Below are positions 36,976-45,488 of a stretch of 64,000 nucleotides of DNA, in pieces; position 1 is the stretch's first letter, and each line of letters begins with the position of its first letter. The position numbers and the translations under genes were made by a program. The stretch lies in the IMG/VR virus record IMGVR_UViG_3300033148_002693, positions 34,717 through 98,716 of that record; one strand, written 5' to 3'. Source of the DNA: a virus. The notes under the pieces were generated by a model. That model worked only from the letters and a program-made list of their open reading frames with translations, had not been told where the DNA came from and did no database searches.

Positions 36976-37149
36976 TTGATATGGATCGTCGTGAGACGAC
37001 TTAACCGTACGCCAGGAGCGGTATAGCAAGTATCCGGGACGCCGAAGACTGATGGGGTGCGTGGAAAATCAGGCGGCACGGCTCAGAGAATAGTGTCGAG
37101 GCTCATCGGTAAACATCAGAGATTAAAGCCAACGCATGAAAGGAAACCA

Positions 37150-37665
37150 ATGAAGCGGAGATTCACAGCACAAGCATCCACAATTCAAAGAGACCTGATG
37201 AACGTGGTACGGAAGATGGGGACGACAAGCTTGCACGTCACCCAAGACATTTTCAGTGGCAAAGCTGAGATCGTATTCGACCGCGATGGTCAGAGGTACA
37301 TATTTCGATGCGACAGGTATCAAGATGCCCTTGACAATATGAGGGCCGCACAATTGACTATAACGTACCTGTGGCGCGCCTTGGAAGAGTATGGCGTTCA
37401 AAGTGAAACCGAGGATTTTGGGCAGTTGTTCTCTCAGTTCTTTCTTGGGTTCTCGGTTATGCCAGATGATTCGACTTTGCTATTGTCAGATGGATCACAG
37501 GAATGGCATGAGGTTCTTGGTATAGAACCAGATGCAGAAAAGGTAGCGATCATCAATGCGTACAGGGCTTTGGCAAGGATATACCACCCCGATGCTGGTG
37601 GGGACCCCGCGATGTTCAGGCGACTTAGGGAAGCATACGAAGAGGGAATGGAGCAATGGAACTGA
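37150..37665 (+). CDS. J-domain (DnaJ-like) protein
   Basis: WHEVLG...AYRALARIYHPDAGGD...LREAYE. Confidence 0.9.
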   Translation: MKRRFTAQASTIQRDLMNVVRKMGTTSLHVTQDIFSGKAEIVFDRDGQRYIFRCDRYQDALDNMRAAQLTITYLWRALEEYGVQSETEDFGQLFSQFFLGFSVMPDDSTLLLSDGSQEWHEVLGIEPDAEKVAIINAYRALARIYHPDAGGDPAMFRRLREAYEEGMEQWN

Positions 37666-38024
37666 GAAAGGCAGCACAAGCGGTAGTCGATGCGTGTCAG
37701 TTGCCGGCTGGATTCAGGCATAAAGGTTACTTTCCAACCGACTCCGGGATAAAACTAGAGTACTACGTGAGCAAAGAGATTGTAGATGCTCTGCGTGATG
37801 TGCTGGAGAAAACCGGATGGACTAAGACTAAAGATAGATTACCTTCTGTCCCTAAGATGCTTGCGTTTGTCGTGTACCAAATGAAACAAAACGAGTATTA
37901 CGTTGTGTTGGTACAATGGAAAGATGGTACGTGGTGGTGGAGTTCTGAACTACAGATGAGAAGGGAAGTTTTGTACTGGCAACCATTGTACTATCCTGAA
38001 TTGCCGGAGATAAGCAATGAATGA
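37656..38024 (+). CDS. DUF551-like protein
   Basis: WTKTKDRLP...VLYWQPL..PE; paralogous to the next ORF and to 62348. Confidence 0.65.
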   Translation: MELRKAAQAVVDACQLPAGFRHKGYFPTDSGIKLEYYVSKEIVDALRDVLEKTGWTKTKDRLPSVPKMLAFVVYQMKQNEYYVVLVQWKDGTWWWSSELQMRREVLYWQPLYYPELPEISNE

Positions 38025-38493
38025 ATTGAAAGTGACAGCAGAAGCATTACTTGAATTGTTGGAGCGCGACTTCGGCTATAATGAAGAGGCACGCAAAACA
38101 GCATTGGAAATTAATGATATGGCTGAACCCTGGGACAGTATGAATGCACTACGCCTAGCATTGGCAAGGTTTGAGTGGATTAGCGTTGATGATGACTTGC
38201 CCAAAATTCCAGGTATGATGACATTCGTTGCATACAAGTCGGGCTGGATTGCAGGCAATGTGTACAACGTAGTGTTAGCACGATGGAAAGAGGGCAAGTG
38301 GTGGTGGAATTCTAGTCAACCAATAACAGTAAGGATTCTGTATTGGCAACCAGTGTATTGGCCCGATCCACCTGAGATTGAAAAAGGAGGTATGGCTATT
38401 TTTGGCGGGAAGCCGCCATTAGTCGGCTGGCCTCACACATCTTGTCGCGATGGCGGCTTCTATGTAAATTGGAAACGGAAATTTGACATTTAA
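38017..38493 (+). CDS. DUF551-like protein
   Basis: WISVDDDLP...ILYWQPVYWPDPP. Confidence 0.65.
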   Translation: MNELKVTAEALLELLERDFGYNEEARKTALEINDMAEPWDSMNALRLALARFEWISVDDDLPKIPGMMTFVAYKSGWIAGNVYNVVLARWKEGKWWWNSSQPITVRILYWQPVYWPDPPEIEKGGMAIFGGKPPLVGWPHTSCRDGGFYVNWKRKFDI

Positions 38494-38511
38494 TAACTTA
38501 TATGTTATAAT
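38483..38511 (+). promoter_or_regulatory. Consensus sigma70 promoter
   Basis: TTGACA-N17-TATAAT with TG. Confidence 0.9.
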
Positions 38512-38588
38512 AGGATCATAAGAGGCCCATAGGGGGGCAACCGATGATCCGCTTGGCAAACGGGGAGGATGTAGATGAGGACAGGCAA

Positions 38589-38690
38589 GCAAAAAGTCTC
38601 ACTCATGTGGGCTGATCGGCCCTTTGCCTTTGCCAGAGGCAAAAGTCTTGCCTGTCAGCCGTATCAGCTCACATGAATGAGGCTTTTTGT
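38589..38690 (+). ncRNA. C4-like antisense/attenuator RNA in the replication-operon leader
   Basis: ~30-bp closing stem enclosing TTTGCCA and CTTGCCTGTC, complementary to upstream TGGCAAA (38554) and GACAGGCAAG (38580). Confidence 0.65.
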
Positions 38691-38717
38691 TTTACAGTAA
38701 AACTAGAAAGGGTTTGT

Positions 38718-38963
38718 ATGTTTTTCAAACGTTGGCGAGTCAACAGACTCAAGAACCTCACATACGACAAATACCTCCAAACACGTCATTGGAGGCGTCT
38801 CCGCAATAAAGCACTCGAAAGAACATTGCATCGTTGCCAATTGTGCAATGGTAGAAATCGGCTTGAAGTCCATCATAGAACATACGAGAGGCTTGGCGAG
38901 GAGCGGTTGGAAGATTTGACCGTTCTATGCCACAAGTGCCACATACTGTATCATGGGAAATGA
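38718..38963 (+). CDS. HNH endonuclease
   Basis: YDKYLQTRHW...CQLC...LEVHHRTY...EDLTVLCHKCH. Confidence 0.9.
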   Translation: MFFKRWRVNRLKNLTYDKYLQTRHWRRLRNKALERTLHRCQLCNGRNRLEVHHRTYERLGEERLEDLTVLCHKCHILYHGK

Positions 38964-38967
38964 GTTT

Positions 38968-38996
38968 TTGACAAACATAAATTATTATTGTATAAT
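38968..38996 (+). promoter_or_regulatory. Consensus sigma70 promoter
   Basis: TTGACA-N17-TATAAT. Confidence 0.85.
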
Positions 38997-39017
38997 TACA
39001 ACACAAGGGATAAGGAA

Positions 39018-39161
39018 ATGGAACATACGACAATCAAGATTTGGGTTACTACAAGACGCAAGCTCAAACTTTTGGCCGCGCTCAGAGATAAGGCGATGGT
39101 TAAAATCCTGGATGAGTTGATTGATGAGGCAATGGCGAAGGAAAAGAAACAGAATAAATAG
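39018..39161 (+). CDS. 47-aa ribbon-helix-helix protein (not in ORF track)
   Basis: MEHTTIKIWVTTRRKLKLLAALRDKAMVKILDELI. Confidence 0.7.
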   Translation: MEHTTIKIWVTTRRKLKLLAALRDKAMVKILDELIDEAMAKEKKQNK

Positions 39162-39173
39162 CTAGGAGTCATT

Positions 39174-40358
39174 ATGGATCAGTCAGTCATTGATGCTATA
39201 CTCAGCGAAGAAATTGTAGCTTATCGCTCTATTCTTGGAAGGGCTTTGAAGGGAGCAACAACCGCTTTACTTTTAAGTCAATTGCTTTACATGCGAAGAT
39301 ATTTTGGTGGAGATGATGGATGGTTCTACGTCACACAGGAAAGGCTTCAATATAAAACAGGGCTTACACGTTACGAGCAAAGCACCGCTAGACGAAATCT
39401 AAAAGACGCTGGCGTAATGACTGAGAAGCGAGCCGGTGTCCCATGTAGATTGTGGTATAAATTGAATGATAAAGCTATTGCCGACTTGGTAGTTGAACAA
39501 GCTAGAATCGACAAAGAGCTACAATCTAGTTTGCTGGAAACCCACAAACTAGATAGCGGAAAATCCACGAACAAGACAAAGGGTTTATCGCGAACAATTA
39601 ATAGTAATAAAAAAGAAGAAATAAAAAGTAAAAAGAATCCCCCCACAATCACAACTGAAGAAACTGTTTCGGATATTGCTGAGAGTAATCTTGTTGGTGA
39701 TCCTTTAGCAGATATTGCGTCAGCTAACGCTGCTATGGGCATCAAGCAAGACAATATCAGAGGGAGACATAGAACCGTTAAGGAGATACGAGAGAGTGTA
39801 GCTAAGGCCATTCTTGGTGGGGCTGAACCGGAAAACGAATCTCCTGCCGCTATTCGTAAAGGAGTCAAGAATTGGTTGCTTGGCGGGTATGGGGAATTGT
39901 TTTGTAACTTGAACGGTTCTTCGCAACCTGATTCTGTTATCAATGGTTGGGTAGGGACGGGTGTTGAGATTGTGAAGGCGGCCAAGTTCCATACTAAGAC
40001 CTGGGCTGAGGCATATTCATTGGTAGAAGAAGCTACGATGGCATTGTTCACTTGTGAAGATGAGATATTGAACCCGATGGCATGGCTTGTGAAAAACAAG
40101 GATAAGGCAGTTACGTTCACTGGATTGTCTGGGGCAAGGGTTCGGCTAATAGACATGATTGGTCGTATAGCAGAGAACAGGGCAAAATTCAGCCAGTCGG
40201 TTGCGAAACGGGAGAGACCACCCAAAAAGAGCAGGGCGGAGGAATTGGCGAACACTACGTTCGGCCATAGGGTTGCGAAGCGGGAGGGCATACTTGATGA
40301 GGTGTTGAGGATTGAGAAGGAGGAAGCAACTGCTGACGGGAAGCGTATCAAACTATGA
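39174..40358 (+). CDS. Phage replication initiator (winged-HTH), C-terminus altered by IS insertion
   Basis: ALLLSQLLY..DGWFY.T...TGLTRYEQSTARRNL..G...KRAGVPCRLWY motif; K-rich linker. Confidence 0.85.
   Translation: MDQSVIDAILSEEIVAYRSILGRALKGATTALLLSQLLYMRRYFGGDDGWFYVTQERLQYKTGLTRYEQSTARRNLKDAGVMTEKRAGVPCRLWYKLNDKAIADLVVEQARIDKELQSSLLETHKLDSGKSTNKTKGLSRTINSNKKEEIKSKKNPPTITTEETVSDIAESNLVGDPLADIASANAAMGIKQDNIRGRHRTVKEIRESVAKAILGGAEPENESPAAIRKGVKNWLLGGYGELFCNLNGSSQPDSVINGWVGTGVEIVKAAKFHTKTWAEAYSLVEEATMALFTCEDEILNPMAWLVKNKDKAVTFTGLSGARVRLIDMIGRIAENRAKFSQSVAKRERPPKKSRAEELANTTFGHRVAKREGILDEVLRIEKEEATADGKRIKL
39525..39640. other. Probable replication origin inside the initiator gene
   Basis: TCTAGTTTG/CAAACTAGA inverted repeat, a second imperfect direct copy about 22 bp on, then an A-rich tract. 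Confidence 0.5.
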
Positions 40359-40376
40359 CAACCCGTACCAACGCAT

Positions 40377-40405
40377 TTGACGAGTTTCTAATTCTGTGCT
40401 ATACT
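40377..40405 (+). promoter_or_regulatory. IS607 left-end promoter
   Basis: TTGACG-N17-TATACT with TG. Confidence 0.7.
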
Positions 40406-40418
40406 TGGAGGTGAGAAA

Positions 40419-40601
40419 GTGAGGGTTCAAGAAGTGACCAAAGACTATGCAATCGTAGACGGCGAGAAAATCTATTTCGATCAGCCATTTGATGAGGAGC
40501 CCGACAAGGCTGACTTCGAGCAGTGGTTGCATCGGATAGAGGACTTGCTGGAAACGCTCTTTTATTCAAAGGCAACCGATGAAGCTGTATACGCAAGCTG
40601 A
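40419..40601 (+). CDS. Small acidic protein upstream of tnpA
   Basis: GGAGGTG RBS; homologous to 48769-48990. Confidence 0.75.
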   Translation: MRVQEVTKDYAIVDGEKIYFDQPFDEEPDKADFEQWLHRIEDLLETLFYSKATDEAVYAS

Positions 40602-41226
40602 AGCCGCCGAGAGATTCGGCCTTAGTCGCCGTTCCCTCATTCGCTACGAGGCAGACGGGCTGATAGAACCAGTACGTACCCCTGGTGGTCAGCGGCGTTA
40701 TCCTGAGTCTGAGCTTCTGCGGCTCTACGGGCTTGAGACGAAAACCAAGCCGGATGGCGATAGAGCGGGATTGTACAGCCGTGTTTCTACCCGCAAGCAA
40801 GCCGACTCAGGCAATCTTGACCGACAAACGCAGCGGCTAAAGGACTATGCTCAAGCTGCTGGCTTCGACACTGTTGAGGTATATGAGGAAATCGCCAGTG
40901 GCTTGAACGAAAACCGCCGTCAGTTGCGGAAGTTGCTGAAGACAATCATTGCGGGTAAGGTTAATGTCGTGGTCGTGGAGTACAAAGACCGCCTTGCCCG
41001 CTTCGGCTATGCTTATCTTGAGTTGTTCTGTGAGTCTCACGGGGCGCGGATCGTAGCCATTGAAGAAAAAGCGTCTGACGACGAGAATGAAGAATTGGTC
41101 AAGGATTTGATTTCTGTTGTGACAAGTTTTTCAGCGAGACTTTATGGGCGGCGTGGGGGCCGTAAAGCAAAGAAGGAACTTGAGGAACAGTTGCGTGGCG
41201 AAGGTAAAGAGAGCGCACAAAATTAG
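40579..41226 (+). CDS. tnpA: IS607 TnpA serine recombinase
   Basis: MerR-type HTH (RTPGGQRRY), YSRVST catalytic Ser, EIASG, DRLARFG, ELVKDL. Confidence 0.95.
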   Translation: MKLYTQAEAAERFGLSRRSLIRYEADGLIEPVRTPGGQRRYPESELLRLYGLETKTKPDGDRAGLYSRVSTRKQADSGNLDRQTQRLKDYAQAAGFDTVEVYEEIASGLNENRRQLRKLLKTIIAGKVNVVVVEYKDRLARFGYAYLELFCESHGARIVAIEEKASDDENEELVKDLISVVTSFSARLYGRRGGRKAKKELEEQLRGEGKESAQN

Positions 41227-42439
41227 ATTGAATCCTACCACAGAGCAGGCGCAATGGTTGCTCCGGGCTTGCGGTGTGGCTAGGTTTTGTTACAACTGGG
41301 GACTCGAAAGATGGCGCGAGCAATACGAGGCCGGCGGGAAGCCGTCCGCCTATAAGCTCAAGAAGCAGTTCAACGCCATCAAGTCGGGGGAATATCCCTG
41401 GGTTTACGAGGTTGACAAGTGCGCTCAGGACACAGGGTTCCGCAATCTCGATATGGCCTTCAAGAACTTCTTTCGTCGGTGCAAGGGCGGTGATGCTAAG
41501 AAGGGCTATCCCCGCTTCAAATCTCGCAAGCATAGCAAGTTGTCATATCGGATAGATGGTTGTCGTGTTAGGTTAGACGGTCACTGGATCAAACTTCCCA
41601 AGTTGGACAAACCAATCAACATGACCGAGACCTTGCGATTTGACGGCGAAGTCAAATCGGTCACGATCTCCAAAGATGGTAAGCATTGGTATGCGGCAAT
41701 CAATGTAGAAGTCGAACCGCCAGAGCACGAGCATCTGCAAGGATCGGTTGGGATAGATTTGGGTATAAAGACGTTAGCTGTTCTCTCGGATGGCATACAG
41801 TATGAGAATCAAAGACTGCTACGCTCAGAACTGGGAAAGCTAAAGCGTCTGAACCGTGAGTTATCTCGTCGATCACAGGGCAGTAATCGCTGGAAGCGCA
41901 CCAAAGCAAAGCTGGCAAGATTGCACCGACGCATAGCCAATCGCCGATCAGACTACCAGCACAAGATGACGACAAAGATCGCTAGTACATACCGAGTTGT
42001 TGGCATTGAAGATTTGAACGTGGCGGGGATGCTCAGGAATCATCGTCTGGCCCTGTCTATCAGCGATGCGGGGTTTGGAGAAATTCGTCGCCAGCTATTA
42101 TACAAGAGCAAATGGTATGGTGGCGAGTTGGTGGAGATTGACCGCTTTTTTCCATCTAGTAAGCTCTGTCGGTTTTGCGGTTGCATCAATGATGGCTTAA
42201 CGCTGGCAGATCGGGAATGGGCTTGCGACTGTGGTGCTGTATTAGACCGGGATCGAAACGCGGCTATCAATATCGAAATGAAAGCACTGAGAATTTTGGG
42301 CCGGAGTGGGTTCACGGACCAAGTAAAAAACGGACGTGGACAGAATGTCAGACCCTTCGGGGCAGTTCTGAATGAAACGTCAAAAATGGTCGAGGAAAGG
42401 CGACCGTCCAAGCCGTGTCAGTTTGGCACAATTTGGTAA
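41195..42439 (+). CDS. tnpB: TnpB RNA-guided endonuclease
   Basis: HTH_OrfB start, GIDLG, IEDL, CRFC..CDC, DRDRNAAIN. Confidence 0.95.
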   Translation: MAKVKRAHKIRLNPTTEQAQWLLRACGVARFCYNWGLERWREQYEAGGKPSAYKLKKQFNAIKSGEYPWVYEVDKCAQDTGFRNLDMAFKNFFRRCKGGDAKKGYPRFKSRKHSKLSYRIDGCRVRLDGHWIKLPKLDKPINMTETLRFDGEVKSVTISKDGKHWYAAINVEVEPPEHEHLQGSVGIDLGIKTLAVLSDGIQYENQRLLRSELGKLKRLNRELSRRSQGSNRWKRTKAKLARLHRRIANRRSDYQHKMTTKIASTYRVVGIEDLNVAGMLRNHRLALSISDAGFGEIRRQLLYKSKWYGGELVEIDRFFPSSKLCRFCGCINDGLTLADREWACDCGAVLDRDRNAAINIEMKALRILGRSGFTDQVKNGRGQNVRPFGAVLNETSKMVEERRPSKPCQFGTIW

Positions 42440-42444
42440 ACCAG
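42295..42444 (+). ncRNA. omega RNA scaffold of element 1 (guide would begin at 42445)
   Basis: Blocks TTTGGGCCGG, CGTGGAC, ATGAAACG, GAAAGGCG, GGTAAACCAG shared in order with the element 2 right end. Confidence 0.65.
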
Positions 42445-42498
42445 CAGAAATGAACGAACTTAAGGTACGATTCGACGAGGCATTGAAAGGGGTGCAAT

Positions 42499-43038
42499 GT
42501 GACAGAGATTGGTGAGAAAATAATTGAACAGCATCGATACAAGTGTATAGATTGTGGGAGGGAAGAGTTATCTGATAAGTGTAATTCACCCCCTGATGGG
42601 TGGTGGGCTATAGGGAGTTTTGATTCTTTCGGTATTGAAGGTTATCGGTGTCCAAAATGTGCAAAAAAGGAGAAGATGCGAATGATGGAAAGTAAGGTTG
42701 ATTCAACCCGGCTTGATGAATTGGAAGCGAGGCTTGATAGGCATGATGCCAAGCTAGAGAATATCTGGCATTCAAGACAGCGTCATGCTCCTACTATTGC
42801 AATTATCATAAGACGTCTTGATGAGTTGGCAAGCAAGGTTGATAGGCTAGAGAAATATAACGTATTGACTGGTATTAATGAAAAGGTAGAGAAATATCTA
42901 TATGAGTGTGGCGATTGCGGGGATATGGAATTGTCTGATGTATGCGATCTGCCTCCGCTTGGATGGTGGACGATAGAGAGAGATTCGTGTGGGAACAAAA
43001 GTTACAGATGTCCAAAATGTACAGAGGAGAAAATGTAA
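42499..43038 (+). CDS. Protein with two repeated Cys4 zinc ribbons around a coiled coil
   Basis: YxCxDCG..ELSD.C..PP.GWW.I...YRCPKC occurs twice. Confidence 0.7.
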   Translation: MTEIGEKIIEQHRYKCIDCGREELSDKCNSPPDGWWAIGSFDSFGIEGYRCPKCAKKEKMRMMESKVDSTRLDELEARLDRHDAKLENIWHSRQRHAPTIAIIIRRLDELASKVDRLEKYNVLTGINEKVEKYLYECGDCGDMELSDVCDLPPLGWWTIERDSCGNKSYRCPKCTEEKM

Positions 43039-43521
43039 ATGACAGAGAGTAAAGTTGATTACGGAAAAGTGAATAACGAATTACGAGAGCGCTTCAACAA
43101 GGCGCTGAAGTCGCTGTACTTGGCGGTAGAGGAATTGGTCGAAAAGAATAAAGATGTTGGCTTACGTCACGCATGGTATCTGGATTCTGGAAGGACGGGG
43201 TTCAACCTGGAGATGCGCCGACCGGAAGAGGTCGTGGAAGTGATGTTTGACTCGTTCAACTGGCCCGATGAGTATTGGGCGTATGTCGATGCCGCCTTAA
43301 AACATCAAGCCGAACTTGTCGATGAGTATCAGGCTATTTCCAAGCGGCACGGCAGAACGAGCGAGCAGGCGATGGCTGCGAAGGCCAGGGTCAACGGGTT
43401 CAAGTTGTTTATGACTTGTCCGGTTTGGGAAGAGGCAAGAGCGGAATTTGCAGACCTTGAGAGATGTGGCGGTGACGACAAGCGGCGTCTTGATTTGAGG
43501 GATTGGCTATTGGAGGCCTAG
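43039..43521 (+). CDS. Hypothetical protein
   Basis: GAGGAG RBS; coupled to upstream gene. Confidence 0.65.
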   Translation: MTESKVDYGKVNNELRERFNKALKSLYLAVEELVEKNKDVGLRHAWYLDSGRTGFNLEMRRPEEVVEVMFDSFNWPDEYWAYVDAALKHQAELVDEYQAISKRHGRTSEQAMAAKARVNGFKLFMTCPVWEEARAEFADLERCGGDDKRRLDLRDWLLEA

Positions 43522-43522
43522 T

Positions 43523-43957
43523 ATGCGCTTGTACGGATTGGAAGAACGCCTTGATTGGCTGGTACGAGATAGCAGGTGGCAGATTGAGATAATTGGTGAG
43601 GGGTGTTTGTGGACGGTCAATGTCAGTGAGCGTGAGTGGTCATACGATTTGCAAAGATACATGTACAAGCAAGTATCTGGAATGACTACCCCATCGTTCC
43701 TTGCTGTCATCGATCATGTTTTTGATACCATCGGTATGCAGGAAGATGAAACGATGCCGGCAGAACAACAAAACTTCACGACAGAGCCATCTGATGGATT
43801 GATAGAACAACTACCATTCGATATTGTAAATCAGATGGTATCCTTGATAATAGATGTCCATCCTGTGGTGGGTACAAAAGTGACAAAGGATTGGAGCGTT
43901 CGGGATCAACTTCGTACGCTGGACATACACCTGGTTGTTCGCTGGATGCTGTGTTGA
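43523..43957 (+). CDS. Hypothetical protein
   Basis: GGAGG RBS. Confidence 0.6.
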   Translation: MRLYGLEERLDWLVRDSRWQIEIIGEGCLWTVNVSEREWSYDLQRYMYKQVSGMTTPSFLAVIDHVFDTIGMQEDETMPAEQQNFTTEPSDGLIEQLPFDIVNQMVSLIIDVHPVVGTKVTKDWSVRDQLRTLDIHLVVRWMLC

Positions 43958-43978
43958 GAAAATGGAGAAAGATGAATA

Positions 43979-44113
43979 ATGAAAAAGTACAAGTTAAGGA
44001 AGTCTGATGATCGCCGCCACACAAGACCAAATCTAACGACTCGCAAAGCCAGGAAACGGAGATTGCAAAGGCGAAACATGGCGAAGGCGAGCAGAAAGAG
44101 AAATAGAACATGA
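43979..44113 (+). CDS. 44-aa highly basic peptide (not in ORF track)
   Basis: MKKYKLRKSDDRRHTRPNLTTRKARKRRLQRRNMAKASRKRNRT; ATGA overlap with next gene. Confidence 0.6.
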   Translation: MKKYKLRKSDDRRHTRPNLTTRKARKRRLQRRNMAKASRKRNRT

Positions 44114-45111
44114 CGGAGCGTGCTCGGATTGAGAAGGGATTATATTGGTCGAGGGCTTGGTCATTGGTAGAGGGCTGTACTCCAGTATCTGAGGGTTGCG
44201 ATAACTGCTGGGCGGCGAGTCAGACGCATATGCGTGCAAAACAATCGAATAAGAAGATTCGGGCACGCTATGGGGGATTGACGGATGCCGGCGGGCGGTT
44301 CAATGGTACGGTCAGGTTGATGGAGGAGTCGCTGAATTTGCCGTTGAGTGTGAGGAAGCCGACGGTATGGGCGGCGTGGAATGATCTGTTTCATGAGGAT
44401 GTGCCGGCGGATTTCATCCAGTCGGCATATGATGTGATGGGAATGGCCCGCCGGCATACATTCGTCGTTTTGACGAAGAGACCGGGACGGATTGTGCCGG
44501 TTTTGTATGGCCAGGAGCATGGGTTTCATCTAGGCGGCGGGGATTATTGGCCGAATATCTGGCATCTGACTACAGTTGAGAATCAAAAGCGCGCCGATGA
44601 ACGGATTCCCGAATTATTGAAATTAAGGGATCACTCAGAGGGGTGGCCGGTGTTGGGCGTGAGCTATGAACCAGCATTAGGGCCAGTGAACTTTACACAG
44701 GCTTTGATTGGTGAATTGCATTGCGAGCGATGTGGGGATGTCTTTTCATTGCCTGCGATACGAGAGTGCCCATCGTGCAATTATCTTGGTGTCAATGAGC
44801 GAAGTATTGATTGGGTTATCGCTGGCGGAGAGACGGGGCGCAATGCTCGACCGGCGCACCCTGATTGGTTTGGAGATGTGTCGGAGCAATGTCAGGCGAA
44901 TAGCGTCCCGTTCTTTTTCAAGCAATGGGGGGAATGGGCTCCTCCGAACCAGATCGAGAATGTAGGATATTGGCACGCTCGCAATACACCTGAACCGAAT
45001 TACCGGAGCTTTGAGGATGGTGTTCAGGTTTGGAGAGTGGGGAAAAAGCGTGCTGGCAGGCGATTGAACGGACGTGTATGGAACCAGATACCGGAGATTG
45101 ATAATGGTTGA
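44110..45111 (+). CDS. Phage Gp37/Gp68 (DUF5131) radical-SAM-like protein
   Basis: GCTPVSEGCDNCWA, DLFHE, LTKRP, VSYEPALG, WVIAGGETG, PFFFKQWG. Confidence 0.93.
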   Translation: MTERARIEKGLYWSRAWSLVEGCTPVSEGCDNCWAASQTHMRAKQSNKKIRARYGGLTDAGGRFNGTVRLMEESLNLPLSVRKPTVWAAWNDLFHEDVPADFIQSAYDVMGMARRHTFVVLTKRPGRIVPVLYGQEHGFHLGGGDYWPNIWHLTTVENQKRADERIPELLKLRDHSEGWPVLGVSYEPALGPVNFTQALIGELHCERCGDVFSLPAIRECPSCNYLGVNERSIDWVIAGGETGRNARPAHPDWFGDVSEQCQANSVPFFFKQWGEWAPPNQIENVGYWHARNTPEPNYRSFEDGVQVWRVGKKRAGRRLNGRVWNQIPEIDNG

Positions 45112-45488
45112 ACGAACTGTATATTTTGTGCCCTGGCAGGTTCATGCTTCTCTGCAAAGAGGCATGGGGGATGTGGGCGGGAAAGTTCATATACAGAACT
45201 GATTCTGGCAGTGCCGATTGGGGCTGGCGTTCCCCCGTTCACATGCCCCGCAAGGCTGTCAGAATCAAGTTCACCGTCAAGGGCGTGGCGGCGGTGCAGG
45301 TGTGCAAGGTAACGGTTGACGATGTGGTTGCGGCCGGCATCTCGAAGGCCGAGTGCGGCAATTGTGTACACGAGGGCTATTGGCCTGTGAAGGCGTTCGC
45401 GGAGAAGTGGGAGACTCGCTACAGAGACCGCTATCCCTGGGGCACAGCCTGGGCATGGCGTTTGGAGGTGAAACGTGAAACCATCTAA
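45108..45488 (+). CDS. ASCH-related phage protein
   Basis: WRSPVHMPRKAVRI motif. Confidence 0.6.
   Translation: MNELYILCPGRFMLLCKEAWGMWAGKFIYRTDSGSADWGWRSPVHMPRKAVRIKFTVKGVAAVQVCKVTVDDVVAAGISKAECGNCVHEGYWPVKAFAEKWETRYRDRYPWGTAWAWRLEVKRETI

Larger units (their letters stand above)
40327..42444 (+). mobile_element. IS607-family element 1 (uORF plus tnpA plus tnpB)
   Basis: Serine recombinase plus TnpB; right end GGTAAACCAG; excision at AG restores the initiator reading frame to a stop at 42515. Confidence 0.85.

Noticed and set aside
36893-37070. Twister-sister (GGTGCAAATCC loop) or hammerhead (CTGATG...GAAA) ribozyme
   Set aside because: The other required core nucleotides and stems could not be placed; the first element fits tRNA geometry better
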